From NCBI GenBank assembly GCA_018398765.1, contig JAHBMJ010000176.1:1-54959 (forward strand): a DNA stretch of 54,959 bases. The letters are read 5' to 3'. Source of the DNA: Chromera velia (taxonomy: Eukaryota). The notes below the pieces were generated by a model. That model did not search any database and was not told the origin of the DNA. It worked only from the letters and a program-made list of their open reading frames with translations. The position numbers and the translations under genes were made by a program. Below, one piece after another: positions 11,401 through 22,800 of this stretch. Numbering within the stretch: position 1 is the first letter of the stretch; the number at the start of each line of letters is the position of its first letter.

Positions 11401-12466
11401 AGGGGCCAGAGAGTCGCAGATGGAAGACTCGAATATGCTTTTACATGCTTTCCCCTCTTCTCTCTCTCTCTGCAGACTGCAGACACCAGAAAGTCTCTCC
11501 TGTGTCGTTCCGCCCCCCTTCCTCGATCGATCAACTCTCTCTTGCAACTTCGATCATGCGTCTCTTCCCTTCTTGCTCTCTCTCTCTCTCACTCACTCTG
11601 TCTACCTCAGATCGAGACTGGCCCTTCTGAGCCTTTCCCCCCAGCTGTCGTTGCTCTCCTTCGTTCCCTGCGGTACGTCATTTTTGCCTTTCGGTGGATG
11701 CCCTTTTCAAAACCACAATTGATTGGTGTCGTTGCTCGACTGTATGCCGGACGACGAGATTGAGGCATGCGTGCACGGATCAACTGCCAAAAAAGAAAGA
11801 GGCATGCGGACCTCTTATACCTCGCGCCCTCCAAGAGCTGTCGAACAAACGGTCCATGCATGAAGATGGTCCAGGAGCGATGACATTCGATCGTCCATTT
11901 CTTCTTCTTTCCCCATCAGCGCTCCTGTCTGTCATGCAAACAGAGGGGGGTTCAGGCAGACACAACAGAATTCGGACGACGGGTCCGCATTGCATTCGTG
12001 CAAAAGAAGAAAAGGTGAAAAGAAAAAACGAAAGACAATCCCTACACGCGAAGCAGCCAAGCAGGTGCAGAATCTGGCACCTACCGAGCCAAGCAATCAA
12101 AAAAATGAAAGAACGAAATCACTGGAAGAAAACACCGTCCCCCCCTTCCCTCTGTTACACACGTATGCACACAGACACACACATTGTCAAGCAAAGAGGA
12201 AGGGAGGGAGGAAGAGCGGGGGGGAGAGACAATCCAACTGCGGGTCGACCAGCATGGGAAAGAAAAGGCTGGAAAAGGTGGAGGAGTATTGAAATTAAAG
12301 GAAGCAAAAACACCAAGCCCCCTCAAAAACAAACTCTGGCCCCCCCCACACGGCATCTTCCATTCTACCGGCACCTTCACTTCGCAACCTTTCACTCAGC
12401 CCCATATACGTGACAGAAGACTTTCATCGATCAGTTCAACAGGAAACGGTAGATGGAGAAAGTGAA

Positions 12467-14582
12467 CTAAGGATGAAAAGCAGAGAGCGATTTGCATTCC
12501 TTGCAGCATCGACGGTTCTTTCGGTGGACACAGATTCCTTTCCCTCCACAGTCCCTACAGAAGTAGCGCAGCCGACCGTGCTCACATACGCTCGCACTCC
12601 TTGCACTGAGAGCGAATGCGACCATGCTCACAGACACCCTTTCCTCCACACTTCTTGCAACTGTAACGGATTCGGCCGTGCTCACAAATGCTTCCCCCCA
12701 CACACTTTTTGCACTGAGAGCGCAGCCGACCGTGCTCACAGATGCTCTTCCCTCCGCACTCCTTGCACTGAGCGCGCTGTCGGCCATGCTCACAGAAACC
12801 CTTCCCTCCGCACTCCTTGCACTTGCTTCGCTGCCGACCGTGCTCACATACGCTCTTCCCTCCGCACTCCTTGCACTGAGAGCGAATGCGACCATGCTCA
12901 CAGACACCCTTTCCTCCACACTCCTTGCAACTGTAATGTATTCGGCCGTGCTCGCAGATGCTCTTCCCACCGCACTCCTTGCACTGAGTGCGCCGTCGGC
13001 CATGCTCACAGACACCCTTCCCTCCACACTCTTTGCACTTGTTTCGCTGCCGGCCGTGCTCACAGACGCTCTTCCCTCTGCACTCCTTGCACTGAGAGCG
13101 AATGCGACCATGCTCACAGACGCTCTTCCCACCGCAGTCCTTGCACTTGGAGCGCTGCCGGCCGTGCTCACAGAAGCTCCCCCCTCCACACTCCTTGCAA
13201 GCGTAACGGATTCGGCCGTGCTCACAGATGCTCTTCCCACCGCAGTCCTTGCAAAGGCAGCGGACCCGTCCATGTTGACAGAGACTCCTTCCATGGCGGT
13301 TTCTCTGCACCTCGCCTCCCTCTCGCAGACTCTCTAAACGACGGTTCTCAGACACCACCACTTTCGTGTCAGCGATCGGATCCCCCCTCCCTCTATAGGA
13401 CTCCAAAGAGAGAGGGGCAAAGTCTGGGACAGACAGGGTCAATCGATGCTGCTTGTGTTCCCGAAGACAACCCCCCCCTCTCTCTCTTCCTCTCGAAGCA
13501 CCCCCACTTATCTCACCGGGATACTCAGACACATGATTGCACTCGTCCACCTCCCCCTGACAGAGGGGCAGGGCAGCCTCTGACCTCTGTCGCTTCAGGG
13601 CAACCCCTGAGCTGTGGGTCCCCTGTCTTTCTGCCTCGTGTCTGCGATCACAAGTTCGATCGTGCGAGTGGAGGTGGGAGGAGTTCGAGGGAGGGGAGGG
13701 AAGGATTCTGTTGTGGGACTTCAGGTCAGAGGGACGGATACAGACTTCCTCTGCTGCATCGGGACTGTCAGAACACACATGGGCTTCTGCTTGTTTCTTC
13801 GGTCTTATCGTCTCACATGGTCTTTTGATGCCCCCATCCCTTCCCCCCCGAACAGGAGATTCTGTGAACTTGACTGTTGACTCATGGTGACACACAGAAA
13901 CCCCTGACTTGTCCTCACTCTCATCGGTTCGAATGAACATTCTGGAATCTGGTCGTGCCCTTCTCTGTGCGGAAGGAGGACACCCAGTCTCTGACTGAGG
14001 GCCATGCAGACCAGCATCCTCACTCTCTCTCTGCGGGTGCAGAGCAAGCAGAGCGAGCTGTACACTCTCAGGAATGCCCCACTCAACCGAAATTCCAACC
14101 ACCTCCGTCTTATCCTGCTCTGGTCCACCCTTTGCACCGACATAGACTATGCTGACACCCCTTTCTCCCACCCAAGAGGAGCCAACGGAAGCAACCCCAT
14201 CAACGAGACGTACCACACGGAAGTCTCCCCCCTTCAGAGGCTCTAGACAAATGAGGTTGAGGGGAGCCGGAACCGTCACCGCGTCTGCCTCGTTCGGAAC
14301 TGCAACCAGTCGAAACTTTAATTCTGACTCCCTCACCCCTCCAACCTCCCCACCCACCCCCACAGCATCTGCAGAAACTCCCGACCCACCGAACGGCGAC
14401 TCGGAGAGGTCCACCTCCACCTCACTCGACACCCACAACGGACGCCCACACGGTGCAGGTCTCAGAGACAGCACACCACCCAACTCCCACCCTCCCAGCT
14501 CTGCACATTCCCCCACCACCACAACCCGTTGATTCTCTGGCAGCTCAGGGCAATGCACAACAAATGCGACGAGCCGCTTCAT
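12467..14582 (-). CDS. CBM20-like starch-binding domain + ~15 tandem 18-aa CxxC-x5-CEHGR zinc-binding repeats; frameshift near 12590
   Basis: ATG at 14582; VVVVGECAELGGW...PLWVS...LKFRLV resembles CBM20; 13 C.HGR repeats in the main ORF and 2 more in the shifted frame ending at 12467. Confidence 0.8.
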
Positions 14583-16175
14583 TGTGCCTATATACACTTG
14601 TGAAGATGTAGACGGCTTCGATTTCAACTGAAAAAAGAGGACATGCACAGCTGGCAGCACCTGTCGACGTCCTCACTTGATGCTCAGCTGCACAGACCTG
14701 CAAACACACGGAAACGGGACAAATCCCGCGAAGTTTTCGGAGGAGTACCGTGAGCGCACAAGCCTCCCGAGACAGAGCAACATCATCAATTTGATGCAGA
14801 AGAAGAGAAATTAATCTCACCCGCAGTGCGATGCAGGGAGGTGTCGGTCCAATGCACTGTTCCGCCTTCTAGGGAGAAAGAGAGAAAGCAGGGCAAAGGA
14901 AACGTGAAAAGAACGATTGGAGAGTTCCCAAAACCCAACGCGCAATTAAGAGTTGCGTTGGCACCCCCAAATTGCAAGCCCGATCAAAGTTACACTGCGA
15001 AGTCGCGGGACTTTTGACCACTCGGTGCAAGATTTGAGGAGCAAGGAGTGCCTGGCAGGATCGCCAGATAAACTGAGCTCTGACAGCTTGGACGCTGCGC
15101 GCCTGTCGAACTCGATCGGCCTGAGAGAGCACTCACACTCTACAGTGACTGTCAGTCTGCCTGCATCAATCAAACATATTCACACCTTCACAGTCTCGAG
15201 ACAGCACATCGTCGCGCAAAGGGAAGACGGTATTAATAACGATGAGTGTTCACGGATACTGATCACTGAAGTTTTCTGTGTGCACGATCGAGAAGAATTA
15301 GCATTCGACTATATATATTCGACTGTCATGGCAGAATCCAAGGCAGATCGCGAGACTGGCAGGCGGAGATTTATGGCAGAGACTCATATTAATACAGGTG
15401 CTGCAGACTGACTAGCTCGGATGCCTCGGAACGGCCGGGGACACAAAAAAATTCTGGTATCCGATGCTATATAGGATACCGTTTGCTGACCCCCCCCCTC
15501 TCAAATAGGGGGTATCCGATTCCCCGGCGCGGCTTGACGCCTCGGGGAGACACAAAAAAATTCTGGTATCCGATGGTATCGGATACTGTATGGAACCCCC
15601 CCCCCCCTTAAAAATAATACGGTATATCCGATGGTCTGGACTGGAGGGGGGGGGCGCACAAAAAGTGTATCCAGACTCCAGAAGCTTTTTCTGGCTTCGC
15701 CAGTCACAAAAAAATGTATGATGCGAGAAAAATGAAAAAATGAAGGATCATCGGCTACATAAAGAAAATTCAAGGCACACGACTTGAGACCTCTGATTGG
15801 GAGTGTGAGTCTATAAACCTTCAATATATATTGGTTCTTGAGTGACACTATAGATGCTCTGAAAGTTTTTAATTTGCCTATCAGGGACTCTTTTACATTC
15901 TTCACAGGACTCGCATCTAACTCACAGGGATATATACATGAGGGCCCTTATTGAAGGTGTTGCTTGGCAGACTGCATGTTAAAAGTATCACATGCCATCT
16001 TTATACATATTTTCCCTTTCCGTTGCTCTTCAGTCGAGCTTGCATAGCCGTTTACAGGTATCTGTGTGTCTCCTGTGTGCCTCTGTGCTAGGCAGCATTC
16101 AGGCTAGAGAACGTCTTCATCACCACTGTCTACTTTGTTCTCATGCATGCATATATCTGATGCATGATGATCGAA

Positions 16176-16210
<35 letters not shown>

Positions 16211-16262
16211 CATGTATCCGTACTATATTCATACATATGCATACTTCTCCCCTTTCTACTTT

Positions 16263-16795
16263 CAGTCAGCCAGCCAGTCAGCCAGCCAGTCAGTCAGTCA
16301 TGCAGTCAGTCAGTCAGTCAGCCAGTCACTGACAGTCAGTCAGTCAGTCCGTCTGTCTATCCGTCCGTCCGTCCATTAGTCAGTCAGTTAGTCAGTCGGT
16401 CAGTCGGTCAGTTAGTTAGTCCGTCAGTCAGTCAGTCAGTCAGTCAGTCAGTCAGTCAGTCAGCCAGCCAACCAGTCAGTCAGTCAGTCAGTCAGACTGA
16501 GCTAGCCAGTCAGTCAGTTAGTTACTCATTCAGTCAGTCAGTCTTCCTATCATGCAGTCACTGATAATCAGTCAGTCGGCCACCAGATCGGCCATACAGT
16601 CAGCCAGTCAGCCAGCCTGGCCCAGCCAGCTAGTCAACCAGTCAGCTAATCAGCCGGTTAGCCAGTTAACCAGTCAACCAGTCAGCCAGTCAGTCAGTCA
16701 GCCAGTCAGCCCGCATCAGTCCATCAGTCCGTTAGTCCATCAGTCCGTTAGTCTGTCAATTCGTCAGTCCGTCAGTCTGCGTCAGTCTGTCTGTC
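16263..16795. repeat. (CAGT)n degenerate microsatellite, continuing after the insertion at 18167-18322
   Basis: Visible tandem repeat. Confidence 0.9.
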
Positions 16796-16798
16796 CTA

Positions 16799-18163
16799 GG
16801 GGGCCGCACTGTGGGTATACCTATGCTTCACCCCTAACTTTTCCTACATCTTTTTACACTATATATTATATCCCAAGTTATAAGGTTAAAACTAGTAGAT
16901 AAAACACATTCTGGAGTGTTATGTTGGGCTATTCTTAAGCTCTAGTTCAACTTCAGTCTTGAGAAATGTCAGTCCAAAGTCGTGTCGCCAGGTTCTGTTG
17001 GGCTTGTTGCCTGTTGGGCTCTGTTGGGCCTTTCATCAGCTACATGACAGGTCATGAAGCCCAACAGTGCCCAACAGAGCCCAACAAGGTCCTTTCCCTT
17101 CCCTACATGCTTGTCTTACACGCCAAGTCCACGTATTAAAGCATATGAATACAACAGACACCATTTAAGATATTCAGCGCTGCACATTGATGCAGTATGA
17201 GCCTGAAACTCTTCGTAAAACGTTCACAATATACCAAAAAAAATTGAGACAAACCTGCACACACAATATTATTCAGAGAGGGAACTGTTTGGAAAAAAAT
17301 GGATATGGGTTGAGAGGGAAGAAGATCGAAGTTTATATCCCGTCCAGTCTAGTTTGGTCTACTGGCTCCCTTCCATCCCGTATGGTCTATTGCAATATAT
17401 TACTACTAAGTGAGACAATAAGTTCAGTCAGTCAGTACTTCAGTCCAGTACCTACAGGAGAGAAAGTCTGACAGTCCACCATTCCCACTCCTGGTACTTC
17501 TGAATGTTTCTTTCCGATCCAAGTCTCTTTCATTCATTTTTCTGCATGTATGTGAAGAATTACTTTTTGAGCTCAATTGCACGTTTTGCATTTTGCTCTC
17601 AGTCGCTCGCATTCGTGCACGGTCATGCACTTCCTGACCGGGTCTGACTTTACTGCACGTGGCGGCGGGATATTCCAAGGTCGGCGCCGCAAGGGCCGAA
17701 CTTCGGACAGAAGAGGCGGCTGGTGCTGCTGCTTCCAGGTCCTCTCTGGCGACCTAGGCTGACTGCTAGAACACTAACAGTGTTTTATATTGTTCTAGTA
17801 TTCTTCCAGATCATTCTCATCATCATGATTGTGCGTGTTATGCATGTTAGGAGTGTTTGTTGGGCTGTTGGGCCGTGTTGGGCTTTCTTGTTGGGTATGT
17901 TGGGCACTCAACAGCTTCCTGGCAAGGTGAAGCCCAATAGTACAACAAGCCCAACAGCCCAACAAAACCTGGCGACACGAAGTTTTTCATAAAAATGAAT
18001 GCATGTTTCTAGCCCAACATAAAAACTAATGTTACTGTCATGTTTTTTGTAATTTACAGTTTTTGGTTTTTTATGAAACTTCTTGCATAACATTCCTAGA
18101 TTTTTGTCTGTTTTTCTTTAAAGTCAGGGGTCATGATATACCTATATGTAGAGTGCGGCCCCC
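16799..18163. mobile_element. 1.37-kb non-autonomous DNA transposon (MITE-like) with long imperfect TIRs
   Basis: Ends GGGGGCCGCACT...AGTGCGGCCCCC flanked by TA (within CTAG) on both sides; internal mirrored blocks ttatgttgggcta/tagcccaacataa and cgtgtcgccaggtt/aacctggcgacacg; many tgttgggc subrepeats. Confidence 0.85.
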
Positions 18164-18335
18164 TAGCCGTCTGTCCGTCTGTCCATCTGTCCGTCTGTCC
18201 GTCTGTCCGTTTATCCGTTTGTCCGTCTGTCCATCTGTCCGTCTGTCCGTCTGTCTGTCTGTCCATCTATCAGTCAGTCAGTCAGTCAGTCAGTCAGTCA
18301 GTTAGTCAGTCAGTCAGTCAGTCACTTATTCAATG

Positions 18336-18881
18336 ACATTCACTCACTCTCTCACCTACTCACTCACTTACTCACTCACTCCCTCCCTCCCTCACTTACT
18401 CACTCACTCACTCACTCACTCACTTCCTCACTCACTTACTCACTCACTTCCGAGTCTTCACTTAGTCACTCATTCACTCACTCGCTCGCTCACTGACTCA
18501 CTCACCCACTAGCTCACCCACTGAGTCTCACCGCTTTCTCTCTTCCTTCCTGTCCTTCCTTTCTTCGTTCCTTCCTTCCTTCCTTCCTTCCTTCCTTCCT
18601 TCCCTCCTTCCCTTCTTCCTTCTTTTTTTCCTTCCTTCTTTCTTTCTTTCTTTCTTTCCTTTCTTCCTTCTCTTCTTTCCTTCTTCCTTCTTTTTTTCCT
18701 TCCTCCTTTCATTCCTTCCTTCCTTCCTTCCTTTCTTCCTTCCTTCTGTCCTTCCCTAGTTCCTTCCTTCCTTTCTTCCTTCCTTCCTTCCTTTTAATTC
18801 TTTCCTTCCTTCCTTTTAATTCTTTCCTTCTTTCCTTTTCTTCCCAAAGATTCTTTCCTTGTTTCCTCTCTACCTTCTTCC

Positions 18882-18976
<95 letters not shown>

Positions 18977-19215
18977 GAGAGAAACTCTGTCTCTCTCTTC
19001 CTCTCTTCCTTCCCTCCCTCCCTCCCTCCCTCCCTCCTTTCTTCTTTCCTTCCTTCCTTCCGTTCTTCGTTCTTTTCTTCCTTCCTTCAGACTCTTCCTT
19101 CCTTCCGTTTATCCTTTCTTCCTTCCTTCTTTCCTTTCCTCCTTCCCTCTCTCCCTCTCTCCCTCCTTCCTTCCTTCCTTCTTTCCTTCCTTCCTTCCTT
19201 TCTTCCTTCCTCCCT
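18336..19215. repeat. Compound (CACT)n/(TTCC)n/(CT)n microsatellite
   Basis: Visible tandem repeats. Confidence 0.85.
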
Positions 19216-19892
19216 TTCTTTAATGATCCTCCATGCATACAATTTGAAGCGTATGCAAGTGATTGGGAGGCATTGGGAGGGAGACGGGGGTTAGAGTCTT
19301 AGGGTCAAGGGGGGGTAGGGGGTTCAACTTGGTATCCGATAACCTCTATGGCAGTCACCCNCCCCCCCCCTTATCCGATACCATCAGATACACGAATTTT
19401 TTTGTGTCCCCCGGCCTGGCCGGCTTAGTACCGGGCTTACGAAGGAAAAGGCTGGGTCCGACTATGATATCCGATATGATCTAGAGCTGGTGACCCCCCC
19501 CCCCCTTATCTGACACCATCGGATACGGGAATTTTTTTGTGTCCCCGGGCCCCGCCGGGGCGCCGGCCGGGGGCCGCGGGGCCGGGGCATGCATGCAGCC
19601 GCGCGCGGCGGCCCCGACGCGCGCGCTTTGGCCCACGGCGAGCTAAGCGCGGAATCGCTCACAAAACTCGGCTGGAAAGATCGAAGATCAAACTTTGGTC
19701 CAGGTCAACGCACCATGCTCAACGTGTCTTCATCTCTTCGTGCATTCTGCTCTGCGTCCGAATCCATTCACACCTATATACAGCCTCTGAAGTCCAGCAT
19801 TGTCACATTGATCTTTGGAAGCAATCCACGAAGCTTGAGTCACTCAATCTAACAAGATCTCCATTGAACACACGTGGGTCTCATCAGGAAAG

Positions 19893-22800
19893 ATGTCTCC
19901 CCAGTTTGCGTCTGCCACCCTCCTGGTGGCAGCCCTCGCCTTGGCGGGGCCGAGCACAATCATCGCTCAACAAACAGGTGTTGGGTCCCCCGGAGACAAC
20001 CCATTTACCATGCCGGGTTTGTACTACCTTCCCAGAGGTCCCTGCTGGTCTCCCTGGTGGCCTCGTCCTCCTTGTCCCACAACCACGCCCTCTCCCGACA
20101 CTGACACAGGATCCCAAAACTTTTCCTTCCCTGTTCCTCTGAAGTCCTCCCACGCCTCCGTGAAAATGGTGGACCTGGTTGCTGAAGTCACGTTTACACA
20201 GACCTTCCAGAACTACGAGGAGGAGGACCTTGAGGCCAAGTACGTCTTCCCTCTCGTGGAGAACGCAGCCGTCAGTGGGTTCAAGGCTTACCTCAACGGC
20301 ACGGTGGTCGAGGGAAGAGTGGAAGGACGGGAACAGGCCAAGAGAACTTACCAGGTCGCAGTTGACGGGGGAGACTCGGCATTCCTTCTCGAGCAACAGA
20401 TGCCGGACGTTTTTGAAATCTCTGGTCAGTAACTCCGTCTATAAATATATATATCCGTCTACATTTGGGAAGACGACATTTTTGTTCACTCGTCGGTCGG
20501 TCTGGCTTCGTCCCTGCGTTCCGTCTCTCGTGGTCTTGATGTTTGCCTGCCTGCCTGCCTGACTGACTGACTGACTGCTTTCATTTCTGCTCCTCCGACT
20601 GCATCGTATTGCGGTCTTTGTCTTGGTCACTTTTCCATGCTTGTCCGAATGACAGTGTTTCCAGGCGATTACATTCTTATTCCGCTGCCTTCCGGACCAC
20701 AACATCTTCTTTTTCGCTCTTCGTGTTCTTGTAGTTGATTACTCTTTTTTCTGCTCTTGCTTCTTCTTCTTCTTCTTCTTCTTCTTCTGCAGTTGGCCGA
20801 CTGTTGCCCGGAGAGGAGGTGAAGATCGAAATCTCCTACGTTTTCGATGTCAAGTTCGCAGATGGATGCGCTCGGCTGATTCTCCCCACCGCTGTCGCTC
20901 CTCGATGTGAGTTACTCAAATAGTCTGCATGGTACCTTTCCTGTCATCTGGCTTACTTCTGCTCTCTCCTTTTGTGCGTTCTCTTGTTCACGCCTTACTT
21001 CTGCTCTCTCCTTTTGTGCGTTCTCTTGTTCATGCCTTACTTCTGCTCTCTCCTTTTGTGCGTTCTCTTGTTCATGCCTTACTTCTGCTCTCTCCTTTTG
21101 AGCGTTCTCTTGTTCACGCCTTACATCTGCTCTCTCCTTTTGTGCGTTTTCTTGTTCACGCCTTACTTCTGCTCTCTCTTTTTGTGCGTTCTCTTGTTCA
21201 TGCCTTACTTCTGCTCTCTCCTTTTGTGCGTTCTCTTGTTCATGCCTTACTTCTGCTCTCTCCTTTTGAGCGTTCTCTTGTTCACGCCTTACATCTGCTC
21301 TCTCCTTTTGTGCGTTCTCTTGTTCACGCCTTACTTCTGCTCTCTCCTTTTGTGCGTTCTCTTGTTCATGCCTTACTTCTGCTCTCTCCTTTTGTGCGTT
21401 CTCTTGTTCATGCCTTACTTCTGCTCTCTCCTTTTGAGCGTTCTCTTGTTCACGCCTTACTTCTGCTCTCTCCTTTTGTGCCTTCTCTTGTTCACGCCTT
21501 ACTTCTGCTCTCTCCTTCTGTGCCTTCTCTTGTTCACGCCTTACTTCTGCTCTCTCCTTCTGTGCCTTCTCTTGTTCACGCCTTAACTTTTCACTGCCCC
21601 CCAGGTCCTTCGCTGTTGCCTTTTGCTTCCTCCTCCTTCTCATCATTCCCCACCCCGCCCCCCCCAAATTTTGCAGATGCACCTGAAGACTTCGATCTTC
21701 CTGACTTCGTTGAGGATATCGTCTACAACACTGTAAGTTGGCCTCCCTGTCTGCTTGACTGCTGGTTTGTTCGGCTGCAAGCTTTCCTGTTTGTCTGAAG
21801 GAACGGTATCAAAGGTGTCTGCCCAAAGACATGGGCTCGTGTTTCTCCACTTATGTCATTGAGCGTGCCAGTCTCTCTGTGCACCCATAGTATCTCGACT
21901 GCTGCATGACTCTGCCGTTCGCTTTTGTGTATCTCTCTTCTCAATCCACTGGAGTATTTTCCCTTTCCCCCCTAAGTTCTTATTGTTCCCATATTTTCTC
22001 CCGTACGCAGCCAAAGACTCAATGAACTCGACAATAGACGGATCACCTATCCCAAGCAGAGTGCTCCTGTTTCTTCGTCGTGGGACGTTTTTTCCTTTCT
22101 TGATCTTTTCATCTTTCTTGATCCTTCGTTCATTACACGAATCTTTCCTCCCCTCGTCTTCTGCCTGCCTGTCTGCAGGGCAACAACGGAACTGGCAACT
22201 TCTCTACCAACAACGCAACCTACTCTGCCGACGTTGCCATCGAGATGAAGGGAGGCCAGAGCATCGCCTCCGTCTCCAGCCCCTCCCATCCCCACCTGTC
22301 CTCTACAGTCGCACAAGACGCACTCGAAGCCTCCTTCGCCTTCCCCCCCCAGAATCTCTCCCACAACGCAACCGACTTTGTCGTTGTAGTCGACTTAGAC
22401 GGTGCCAAGCCTCCTCAAATCGTCTGGGAAGTCGCATCGGACAGACAGAGTGTTGCTGCGATGCTCACCCTCGTGCCGGCCTTCACGAACGCCGAGATCA
22501 AACCCGAGATCATCTTCGTGACCGATGTTTCGGGGTCCATGTCTGGAGGTAAAATTGCTACTGCCCGCTCGGCTCTGAAGCTTTTCCTCCAGTCCCTACC
22601 GACCGACTCGTACTTTAACATCATTGCGTTCGAGACATCTTACAGAGCTTTCAGCTCAGGCAGCAGCAGAAAGTACACCGCAGAGACACGAGACGAGGCC
22701 GACACTTGGATCGATACCAACATTGTCGCGAGAGGGGGGACCAATATTCTCCGACCCCTCGAGTACGTAGAGAACTTGCCTCCTGTCCAGGGGTATGCTC

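Larger units (their letters stand above)
15433..19548. mobile_element. Putative ~4.1-kb non-autonomous element with doubled terminal inverted repeats
   Basis: ccggggacacaaaaaaattc..gtatccgatg at about 15435 and 15544; inverted copies at about 19373-19415 and 19508-19548; no TSD identified. Confidence 0.6.

Noticed and set aside
12410..13828. Long plus-strand ORFs opposite the zinc-repeat gene
   Set aside because: Antisense shadows of the 54-bp coding repeat
20952..21585. CRISPR-like array
   Set aside because: Contiguous tandem units without unique spacers; eukaryotic intron; no cas genes
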